A stretch of DNA of 64,000 bases from Bacteroidota bacterium (GCA_040386935.1 JAZKEQ010000030.1:600-64599), one strand, 5' to 3'. Counted from the first letter of the stretch, positions 19,965 through 27,967 are shown. Notes: generated by a model from the sequence alone, not told the origin. Numbers and translations: made by a program.

Positions 19965-20936
19965 TTATTTAGACCCTATTTTTGATATGCCATTTTTGGA
20001 TAATATTTCATTGATTATATCATTTTTTCTGTCACTATAGTCATATACAATCCGAGCTTTTTTTAGATTTTTCATCTCTTCAAAAATCTCAAATTTTTCC
20101 GGTTCTAATTTTTTTATTTGGTAGGCTATAAAGCTACTTAAGTTTTTTGCAGTTTTTAAATTCTCAATATTCTCTAACTTATTCAGCACATCAATAAAGA
20201 TGCTTTTCAGTGACAAGCATTTACTAAAATTAGGGAGGCATTTTAATTTAGAAAGCATAATTATACTTAAATGTTCTATGGAAGTGAGATCACTAACAAA
20301 ATGTATGTTTTCAATTGATCTTAAAGCGGATAATTCAAGCCTTTTTAATTTATTAAGTTTTGTAAGCTTTGACAAGTCTTTTATACCACCATACCCTAAA
20401 CTAAGGTCTTTTAAATTTGGAAGTTGAATTAAAACATCTAATTGGTTTTCTTTAATAGATGAAACATAAAGGTTTTCAACGGTTGATATTTTTGCAATTT
20501 TTTCAAAATCATTGAATTTTGCACTAGTATAGAGGCTAACTAGGTGGTTTAATTCTAAAAGTGGGGTTAATGATAATTTAGGGTTATTTGATGAAAATGA
20601 AAGAGATTTTAAATTATTGAGATAGCGGATATTGTTTAAGTTTTCTGCTATATTAAAATCCAATGTTAAATGTTCTAAATTGTCCAAGTATTTAAGAAAA
20701 CTCAAGTCTGACCAACTACCATCGTTGAAAAAAGTAAAGAGTCTTAATTTGATATTTGGCTTTAATTTGAAGAGTTTTTCATTTAATTTTTTGAAAGCAG
20801 AGTCATGAGGTTGTTTCTCAAACTGTATATCCTCAAGCTCTGTATTCTGACAAAGCCATTCAATGTTATCATCTGTAATATTAGGGTACAGGTGAAGTGA
20901 TTTTTTATTCAGTAAATAATCCTTTGTGTTTTCCAA
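19965..20936 (-). CDS. leucine-rich-repeat protein without a signal peptide
   Basis: It contains repeated LxxLxLxxN/L modules (NLEHLTLDF, NLKSLSFSS, NLKDLSLGY, KLKRLELSA, SIEHLSII, SLKSIFID). Confidence 0.7.
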   Translation of the reverse strand: MENTKDYLLNKKSLHLYPNITDDNIEWLCQNTELEDIQFEKQPHDSAFKKLNEKLFKLKPNIKLRLFTFFNDGSWSDLSFLKYLDNLEHLTLDFNIAENLNNIRYLNNLKSLSFSSNNPKLSLTPLLELNHLVSLYTSAKFNDFEKIAKISTVENLYVSSIKENQLDVLIQLPNLKDLSLGYGGIKDLSKLTKLNKLKRLELSALRSIENIHFVSDLTSIEHLSIIMLSKLKCLPNFSKCLSLKSIFIDVLNKLENIENLKTAKNLSSFIAYQIKKLEPEKFEIFEEMKNLKKARIVYDYSDRKNDIINEILSKNGISKIGSK

Positions 20937-21034
20937 ATTTTTTAATTGGGTTTTATTAGTTCAAAATTATATACTAATGCAAATGGAATGTTGTACATAA
21001 ATTAAAAAGTGCGCTTTGAGATCCAGTTGTTAAT

Positions 21035-21541
21035 TTACTGCTTTTCTTTAGTCAAGGTGTCCAATTTCTTTAAGGTTGTAGGAATTCTATTTTTACCACT
21101 CATGCTATTTATTAATTCACTAGCTTCATTAAGCTTAATTCCAATTGCAGTTATATAAAGTGGATTTATACTTTGGCCTCTTAAAAGTTTTCTTTTGTTT
21201 ATTTTAATAGTAGCAAAGTTTGTTTTTGCTACACCAATTACAGGGATTTTCGAATTTAATTTTTCGTATAAGTGTCCACCTAAGCCTAATTTTCCATTGT
21301 CGTCTAAATATACAAAACCATCAATTATAATCGCTTCTATATTATCAAATTTTATTTTTTCATACAAGCTCATAATACAAGGCAATTCCCTTTTATAAAA
21401 TTCTCCAGAAATATAGTCTTCGATGTTTTCGAGAATTTCAGTATAGATTTCATATTTTTCACAAGTATTCCAACTTTCAAATGCCAAACAAACAGTTTTG
21501 GCTTTATTTCCAAAATAATGAGTATCAAACGCTAAAATCAC
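21035..21541 (-). CDS. endonuclease V-like protein (compact, 168 aa)
   Basis: AFDTHY, YISGEFYKRELP, IIIDGFVYLDDNGKLGLGGHL and PVIGVAKTNF parallel the EndoV blocks (D, PYIPG..FRE.P, DG.G..HPR..G.A.H.G and IGVAK). The C-terminal RIPTTLKKLD parallels RLPEPTR.AD. Confidence 0.7.
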   Translation of the reverse strand: MILAFDTHYFGNKAKTVCLAFESWNTCEKYEIYTEILENIEDYISGEFYKRELPCIMSLYEKIKFDNIEAIIIDGFVYLDDNGKLGLGGHLYEKLNSKIPVIGVAKTNFATIKINKRKLLRGQSINPLYITAIGIKLNEASELINSMSGKNRIPTTLKKLDTLTKEKQ

Positions 21542-22350
21542 AATATATGTTCTATAGGGTCCTTTGGCAATAATAAGTCAGCATAACTAATTGTGTAATT
21601 TAAGAAAGGGTAAACAAAATTCAAACTTTTATTCTCTTCTCCTCTAAGTTTGAAAAACTCCTTTTCCTTTTCTTCACTTGCTAGTTTTAATTGTTCTCCA
21701 TTTTCAAAAAATGGTAAATTGTTTTTAAACTCGAGATATGTCTTTGAGGTCCTAAATGTCATGCCTAACCATCTATTTTCTAATTCAGGAATATTTAATT
21801 TAGTGTCAATGTCTAAAACTATTTTATGTTGAAATTTCATATTGGTTTCTGTTGAAAATAGAATTACTGAATTATGAGTTAAAAATAGTTCAGATTCTTC
21901 ATTCGTTATTTTGTCTTTAATTTTTAGCTTTCTTGTGTTGTGTTCTGTTAGCTTTTCAGGATTTTCATAACAAGAAAATAGCCCAATAAAGGAATTGTTT
22001 TCTAAGTCTAAACTTTGGTCGGAATGAAAGTTCATTTTCGAATACGTAGATTCATATATTTCAATTAGCGAATTATTGAATTGTAGATAAGGAATGTTTT
22101 TAAGGTTGTTTTTTATAACAGTTTGATTTATTGTACTGATTACAAAATTGTGGATTTTGGAAAATTTTTGTGCAGGTAAATTGTACTTGCTTGTCGTTCT
22201 AATAATTGGAACAAGGGTTTTTTCAATACGAACTAAATGATTGGCAATTCTACCATTGGTTATTTTTTCAAATTCAATTGAATTGGATAATTCTTCGAAT
22301 AAATTATCCTCGAACGGAAGAATGACTTTATAAAATTCCAAATCGTTCAT
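21538..22350 (-). CDS. AlkB-like 2OG-Fe(II) dioxygenase
   Basis: NNSLIEIYESTYSKMNFHSDQ...SFIGLFS, LTHNSVILF...KFQHKI and RWLGMTFR match the AlkB pattern (N.Y...H.D, distal H, R....TFR). Its stop overlaps the EndoV-like start by 4 nt. Confidence 0.65.
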   Translation of the reverse strand: MNDLEFYKVILPFEDNLFEELSNSIEFEKITNGRIANHLVRIEKTLVPIIRTTSKYNLPAQKFSKIHNFVISTINQTVIKNNLKNIPYLQFNNSLIEIYESTYSKMNFHSDQSLDLENNSFIGLFSCYENPEKLTEHNTRKLKIKDKITNEESELFLTHNSVILFSTETNMKFQHKIVLDIDTKLNIPELENRWLGMTFRTSKTYLEFKNNLPFFENGEQLKLASEEKEKEFFKLRGEENKSLNFVYPFLNYTISYADLLLPKDPIEHIL

Positions 22351-22358
22351 TGTAATTT

Positions 22359-23585
22359 TTAATATATTGGTTTTTCATAGTCGCCTAAATTCATGCTAAA
22401 ATGGACTTTTCCATATTCAACTAAATTTTCTGTTTTATTTTCTTCGGCATAAGAAGTTCTCAAATTTTCGATGGACTCCATGCTCATTGGTTCAAGTTTA
22501 ATTAAATTATCATTTTCTTTAATGAAAGTTTCACCATTCGTATACAATGCTTCTAAATTAGAACATCTTACTACATATCCCATTCTGATTGGAATTCTTT
22601 CAATATTTAGCATTGAGGGCCTAATTTCATGAGTATATAATCTGTTGGTAGAAAGTGGTATTATGAATACAGAATTTGGATATAATGTTACACTAAATTC
22701 TTTTTCTAAAGTATCATCAGTAACTGTATTTTTCAGTTTAAAGTGAAGCTTTGTTAACCCAGTTATTTGTTTATAACACCAGTCAAATCTATCCGAATTT
22801 GACGGCTCTAAATGTTTAAAATGATTTGTGTCATAAAATGTACAAAACGCAATAACGCCATCTTTGGGCATGTCTTTAGTTTTGTCAGAATGGGCTTTGA
22901 TTTTTGCTTTAATTTCCTTTCCGTTTTCTTCTGGTTTTATTGTGTTTTCATATATTTGAGCTAATACATGATTCAATTTTGTTTCTTTTTCAAAAATATA
23001 CTTCATTGAATCATTCAGGGTATTTAAAATAATATGGTCTGTATTTCTTAAATTATCAGAAGGTCCAGTAAAATTGCTAGAACATCTTAGGAGATGAAAA
23101 TGCAATGTTTCATTATTCTCATAGTCTTCTTTCTTTACTTCGGTTATATAAATACCTTTTCTGAATGCTTTAGTATCTTTGTTTGATTCAGTTAGTTGTT
23201 GAAATTCATGTTCTGATTTAATTTTATTGAAATAATCTTCCTTGTGAAAAAGGTTTCTAAAATATACACCAGCATTATGAATAATAATAGGAACCTCTCC
23301 AAGTGTGACCAGCGTGTTTTTGTTAGTAATCCAATTTTCGAAATTGTTAGATAATTCTTGAATTAAATGAAAAGAGTGATTAATTATTTTAGTATTTGAA
23401 AAATTTCCACAAGCATAAATTTTAATATCATTTTGAATACCCTCTATCTCAGAAAGACTATTAACGACTTTTCCGCAAAAATTTTGAATTAGATATTGTA
23501 GGTCTAAGTTCTCTTCTCCATCATTCTGTAAAACGACAAGTATATTTTTTTCTTTAGTGATTTGATTTTCAAATTGGGGTTTCAT
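22359..23585 (-). CDS. AlkB-like 2OG-Fe(II) dioxygenase with a ~200-aa uncharacterised N-terminal extension
   Basis: The C-terminal half carries LNHVLAQIYEN...KIKAHSDKTKD...GVIAFCTFY, LYPNSVFIIPL...LYTHEIRP and RIPIRMGYVVR. This is the same HxD...H...R.....R arrangement. Confidence 0.6.
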   Translation of the reverse strand: MKPQFENQITKEKNILVVLQNDGEENLDLQYLIQNFCGKVVNSLSEIEGIQNDIKIYACGNFSNTKIINHSFHLIQELSNNFENWITNKNTLVTLGEVPIIIHNAGVYFRNLFHKEDYFNKIKSEHEFQQLTESNKDTKAFRKGIYITEVKKEDYENNETLHFHLLRCSSNFTGPSDNLRNTDHIILNTLNDSMKYIFEKETKLNHVLAQIYENTIKPEENGKEIKAKIKAHSDKTKDMPKDGVIAFCTFYDTNHFKHLEPSNSDRFDWCYKQITGLTKLHFKLKNTVTDDTLEKEFSVTLYPNSVFIIPLSTNRLYTHEIRPSMLNIERIPIRMGYVVRCSNLEALYTNGETFIKENDNLIKLEPMSMESIENLRTSYAEENKTENLVEYGKVHFSMNLGDYEKPIY

Positions 23586-23710
23586 TATTTTACTAATAAC
23601 TTATTTTATTTATGCAATATACCAATTTTCCCAATCCCTCATTCCATTTCTTCAATAAATTCACCAAATAGTCAAATTGTAAGTCCTGTAGCCTTATAAT
23701 TTTCCCAAAA

Positions 23711-24005
23711 ATCGAACTCTGGTTCGAAATTCAACGAACGCAGTTCGAAAAATAGCGAAAGCAGTTCGAAAAGTAGCGAACGCAGTTAGAAATTCAGCGA
23801 ATACAGTTCGAAAAGTAACGAAAGTAGTTAGAAATTTTGCGAAAGCATTTCGAAATTCGAGGAACGGAGTGAGATATCTAGCGAAAGCAGTGAGAAATTT
23901 AGGGAACGCAGTGAGATATTTAGCGAAAGCAGTTAGAAAATCAGCGAAAGTAGTTAGAAATATTTCGACTGCGATGTGCTCAATTGCCAGCGCAGTTAGT
24001 AATAT
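23711..24005. repeat. head-to-tail array of 12-14 copies of a 21-bp unit, consensus AGCGAAAGCAGTT(C/A)GAAAWWT
   Basis: I parsed the units by hand. Exact 21-nt register holds from 23733 to 23963 (units start at 23733, 23754, 23775, 23796, 23817, 23838, 23859, 23880, 23901, 23922 and 23943). A 22-nt unit lies at 23711 and two decayed units at 23964-24005. Confidence 0.95.
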
Positions 24006-24056
24006 CAGTTGTCACCATTTTTTTTCGAGATGACAAGACAATTGTCAACGAATGAA

Positions 24057-24124
24057 AAAGCACACACATTCAGCAGCTTTGGTTTTTTGCATGAATTTGC
24101 AGGGCTGTTAAAAGTGTGTGCTTT
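24057..24124 (-). terminator. long-loop hairpin downstream of the carbonic anhydrase gene
   Basis: AAAGCACACAC (24057-24067) and GTGTGTGCTTT (24114-24124) form a perfect 11-bp inverted repeat. On the minus strand it is followed by TTTTT. Confidence 0.45.
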
Positions 24125-24147
24125 GTGGTACCGATTTGTTTGATTGG

Positions 24148-24792
24148 TTATGCACCCAAATTCATTGTGTCAGAATAAAAGGTAACATCTCCTGTCGCAA
24201 TATCGTGAGTGCCTCCAATAATTCCGATTTGTCCGCTTTCAATCATTTCTTTTAGGATTGGACTGCGTTCCATTATTGATTTAACGGTTCGCTTTACATT
24301 GATTGTCGCTACTTTTTCAACAAATGCAGGGTTGGTAGAGTTGCGATTTTCCGTTGTTGTATTTTCATCATCAACTGCAGGTCGTATTTTGGTGAGCAAC
24401 GCTGTGAGGTTACCCATTTCTACATGGTCGCAGGCCCCTTTTACAGCTCCGCATTTTGTATGACCTAACACTACAATGATTTTGGAACCTGCTACTTTAC
24501 AAGCAAATTCCATACTGCCTAAAATATCCTCATTGATAATGTTGCCGGCAATACGAACACTAAAAATATCGCCAAGTCCTTGGTCAAAGATGAGTTCAGC
24601 AGAGGTACGACTGTCGATGCAACTCAGAATTACAGCAAAAGGGTGCTGTCCGTCTGAGGTTTCATTTGCTTGTTGCAAAAGGTTGCGGTTCACTTTCAGG
24701 TTGTTTACAAACCTTTTATTTCCTTCTTTTAAAAGTTCTAAAGCCATTGAAGGAGTGATGGCTGCTTGCATTTCTTTTGTTAACGTTTTCAT
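24148..24792 (-). CDS. beta-class carbonic anhydrase
   Basis: It has CIDSR, the GDIFSVRIAGN context and HTKCGAVKGA (the Cys-Asp-Arg...His-x-x-Cys zinc site). Confidence 0.9.
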   Translation of the reverse strand: MKTLTKEMQAAITPSMALELLKEGNKRFVNNLKVNRNLLQQANETSDGQHPFAVILSCIDSRTSAELIFDQGLGDIFSVRIAGNIINEDILGSMEFACKVAGSKIIVVLGHTKCGAVKGACDHVEMGNLTALLTKIRPAVDDENTTTENRNSTNPAFVEKVATINVKRTVKSIMERSPILKEMIESGQIGIIGGTHDIATGDVTFYSDTMNLGA

Positions 24793-24819
24793 TTTTGATT
24801 TGATGTGATTTTGATGGGG

Positions 24820-25713
24820 TTATAATAAATAAAAATTGTCAGGTTGAAGCGGTTTTGGGATGTCAGTTTCTTTTAAGAGTTGCTTTATGTTTATTTCTAT
24901 AGTTCTTGCTATCGCTGTCATAGCGGTGTCTGTTGGTCTGTTTTCAAATGGGTCTTGCATGTGCATGGCTGTTTTTTTCAATAAAAGGAATGCTGCTGAA
25001 ATTAGAAGCAGTAATGGTATCTCAAACATACCGCCAATATCTTTTAATGAAATAGAAAGTGTTACGATGAATAGATAAATAATGGCGTGCAAAAAAAGGC
25101 GGTATGTAACAGGAAATACAGTTGTTTTTATTCTTTCAGATTTTCCTTGTGAATCACAAAGGCGCACCAGGGTATTGTCTAATTGTATTTGCGAAAAAAT
25201 GTCTAATTGATTGTTTTCCTTCAGTGCCTTTATGTCTTTTCCATGCAAGTGAAGCAGTGCTAAAGGTTTGTTGTTGTGTTGCTGTATTTCTTCAAGGTCT
25301 TCCTTAGAAAGAAATTGATCTAAATTTTCAGTTGGGTTCAATCCTCTGAGCGATTGACCTAATGAATAACACCAAGCAATTTGTCTGAATGCGATTTTTT
25401 TCACTATTGGGTCATTGCCTTTGGCCGTTAGGGTTTGCAATTGAATTACATAACTGCGGGAGTCGTTCACTATGGCACCCCATATTTTTCGTGCTTCCCA
25501 CCATCTATCGTAAGATTGACTTAGCTTAAAGGAAAGTAGAATTGAAATAGCAGTACCTATAAATGCAGGAATTGTCAACGGCATATCGGGTAAAAGTTCC
25601 TTAAAACTGTCGGTAATGAATAGTACCGATAAGGATACAATAAGCACATATACAAGGTCATGCTTTACCTTGTTAAATATGTAGGTTAGCGGTATTCGAT
25701 TGTTAAGCAGCAC
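24820..25713 (-). CDS. bestrophin-family (UPF0187/YneE-like) ion channel
   Basis: It has the SYDRWWEARKIWGAIVNDSR signature and four hydrophobic helices. It uses a GTG start. Confidence 0.85.
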   Translation of the reverse strand: MLLNNRIPLTYIFNKVKHDLVYVLIVSLSVLFITDSFKELLPDMPLTIPAFIGTAISILLSFKLSQSYDRWWEARKIWGAIVNDSRSYVIQLQTLTAKGNDPIVKKIAFRQIAWCYSLGQSLRGLNPTENLDQFLSKEDLEEIQQHNNKPLALLHLHGKDIKALKENNQLDIFSQIQLDNTLVRLCDSQGKSERIKTTVFPVTYRLFLHAIIYLFIVTLSISLKDIGGMFEIPLLLLISAAFLLLKKTAMHMQDPFENRPTDTAMTAIARTIEINIKQLLKETDIPKPLQPDNFYLL

Positions 25714-25843
25714 GGTCTATTGTTCAATGTTTTGGCAAAGATAGTAATAGTTTTTAAAATGATAGCAATACTATCATAAAAAATTGTAAAAATATTTTTC
25801 TTAGCTTTGTCGCTTTATTCAAAGGAAGTAAAAATTATCTAAA

Positions 25844-26521
25844 ATGAAGTTACAGTTACAGATAAAAATGAATGAAGCATTGTTTCTTCGCAATCCGGAA
25901 AGTTCGGAGTTAGGAAAGAATATTTTAAAGCATGGTATTCAACTTATCTATAAAGGAGGCTTTGAGGCATTTACTTTTAAGAAACTTGCTGAAGATATTG
26001 GAACAACTGAGGCCGGTATTTACCGCTACTTTGAAAATAAACATAAGCTATTGGTGTACCTAACGGCTTGGTATTGGGGTTGGCTTGAATTTCAGATCAG
26101 TTTTCATACCAATAATATCGCGGACCCATCTGTTAAGTTAAAAAAAGTAATAAAACTATTGGCAACAGCCGTTGAAGATGATGAACAAACCAGTTATATC
26201 AATGAAAGTTTGCTGCATCAAATAATTATAGCAGAAGGCTCAAAGGCCTACCTTACCAAACAAGTTGGCGAAGATAATAAGCAGCAGTTTTTTAAACCAT
26301 ACAAAGACCTGTGTGCAGTTATTGGAAATATTATTTTAGAATGCAGTCCAAAATATAAGTACCCCAAGTCGTTAGCATCCACTATTATCGAAATGGCGCA
26401 TTTTCAAAATTTCTTCATGAACAATTTGCCTTCACTTACCGATTTCGGCAAAACAAAGGAGGAAAGCGAAATAATAGCTTTTCTGAACGATTTGGTTTTT
26501 ACAAGTTTTAAGAAAGTTTAG
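25844..26521 (+). CDS. TetR/AcrR-family transcriptional regulator
   Basis: The N-terminal HTH is FTFKKLAEDIGTTEAGIYRYFENKHKLL. Confidence 0.85.
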   Translation: MKLQLQIKMNEALFLRNPESSELGKNILKHGIQLIYKGGFEAFTFKKLAEDIGTTEAGIYRYFENKHKLLVYLTAWYWGWLEFQISFHTNNIADPSVKLKKVIKLLATAVEDDEQTSYINESLLHQIIIAEGSKAYLTKQVGEDNKQQFFKPYKDLCAVIGNIILECSPKYKYPKSLASTIIEMAHFQNFFMNNLPSLTDFGKTKEESEIIAFLNDLVFTSFKKV

Positions 26522-26651
26522 TTGTCACTAATCGCAACTAAGTGAAAGTCGGTCGATTTAAAGACCTGAAGGTATAAGAATGTGCTGGTATTTTTTGCCC
26601 TTTTGCTCCCTGCAATATACCATTTATTGAAACTCACTCGCGCAAATTTTT

Positions 26652-26724
26652 GCCATTTTAACCCCAATATAAGACAAAATGGCTTATATTTTAAAATAAA
26701 ATTCACAAAATAAGACAAAATGGC
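26652..26724. promoter_or_regulatory. repeat cluster upstream of hsp20 (candidate operator)
   Basis: ATAAGACAAAATGGC occurs exactly twice (26669-26683 and 26710-26724). GCCATTTT (26652-26659) is the inverted partner of AAAATGGC. Confidence 0.3.
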
Positions 26725-26788
26725 CTAAAAATAGGCATTGGTCTTTCTTTTGAAATAGGATGTTCATCAATTTAAAACAATTACAATT

Positions 26789-27226
26789 ATGGTACTTTTA
26801 AAATCAAAACCCGGCTTAATAATGAATGATGCTTTTATCCCTTCTTCTTTTCATTCATTGATCAACGACTTCTTAAACGAAGGTAAAACTTCTGCTACTG
26901 CTACCGGCTTTACACCTCATGCCGATATCATCGAAAAACAATCTCACTTCGAAATTCAAATGGCATTGCCAGGCTTGAAAAAAGAAGATGTTAAAATCCA
27001 TGTTGAAGGCGATCAACTAACCGTAAGTGGCGAAAAACAAACAACAGCTTTGGCTGAAAATGAGAAAGTGCACAAACGCGAAATTCACTTCGGTAAGTTT
27101 TCGAGAACATTTAATTTGGGTAAAGTGAATAAGACCAAAGTAGAGGCGAAATTCGAGAATGGCGTGTTGACATTAACACTTCCAAAACTTGAAGAGGAGC
27201 AACCGCTTACAATAGATATCAAATAG
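26789..27226 (+). CDS. Hsp20/alpha-crystallin small heat-shock protein
   Basis: An alpha-crystallin domain is present (PHADIIEKQSHFEIQMALPGLKKEDVKIHVEGDQLTVSGE...GVLTLTLPK). Confidence 0.9.
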   Translation: MVLLKSKPGLIMNDAFIPSSFHSLINDFLNEGKTSATATGFTPHADIIEKQSHFEIQMALPGLKKEDVKIHVEGDQLTVSGEKQTTALAENEKVHKREIHFGKFSRTFNLGKVNKTKVEAKFENGVLTLTLPKLEEEQPLTIDIK

Positions 27227-27256
27227 TTTTTTTCATAAGTATATATAGGTAGGAGA

Positions 27257-27300
27257 AAGGGTTTATGACTGCAAGGTTATAAACCCTTTTTTATTTTTTT
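27257..27300 (+). terminator. Rho-independent terminator of hsp20
   Basis: AAAGGGTTTAT (27257-27267) pairs with ATAAACCCTTT (27279-27289), followed by a T-rich run to 27300. Confidence 0.75.
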
Positions 27301-27967
27301 AATTTTGAATTTATGATTTTTTTGATTTGGAAGCTCGTTTGCTGGAAATAAGCAAGCATTTCATTTTAAACTTGTAGATTTTATTTTCCCTTTACTTTTT
27401 TGCATTGCGAAAAAAGTAACAAAAACGCTAGCCTCAGGATGATATTTTTGAGTTTTCTACACATGATTGGAGCCCACAACAAAAAAACTCGCCCAACGCA
27501 CATCCCACTCTGCGCTCAAGCAGCTTTTGTTTTGCCCCCTGCCGCACAATCCTATGCTCCCTCTGCATTCGCTCCAACCACGTTTGAAAATTAACAAAAA
27601 TCTCATTATGAGGCATCACACACCCGAGCACTTATAGGTAATTTAATGGCATGGAATCCTAACTAAATTTTTGATAAAAATGCTATTTCCATTTCAGCAA
27701 AAACTAGTCATTATCTTATAACAACAAATTTTAAATCATTTTGAAAAAATGTTGTTATGAAAACGAATCTGCGGGTTGAGTCCACGAAAGGTGTGAAATT
27801 TCTCTTGGCCGGCCCGAGTGGAGGTTGGCTGCGCGATAGGCCATTGAAATTTCTCTTTCGTGGTGGGCTTTTTGCTCCACTTTTTGCCCAAACAAAAAGT
27901 GGAAAAAGAAATAATTTATAACCAAACTAGAGAAAAAAATCTACTAAGCAATAAAAGGGGCTATGAG

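Noticed and set aside
23711-24005. Could the 21-bp array be a CRISPR array or a tRNA-related sequence (GGTTCGAA resembles a T-arm)?
   Set aside because: The units abut one another with no spacers, and at 21 bp they are shorter than CRISPR repeats. No cas genes are present. The GGTTCGAA match occurs once, at the first unit, with no acceptor or anticodon arms around it.
27400-27631. Two mutually antisense 64-65-aa ORFs in the ORF-free kilobase.
   Set aside because: They have no recognisable motif and overlap each other almost completely. Their composition is dominated by the inverted repeats of the region.
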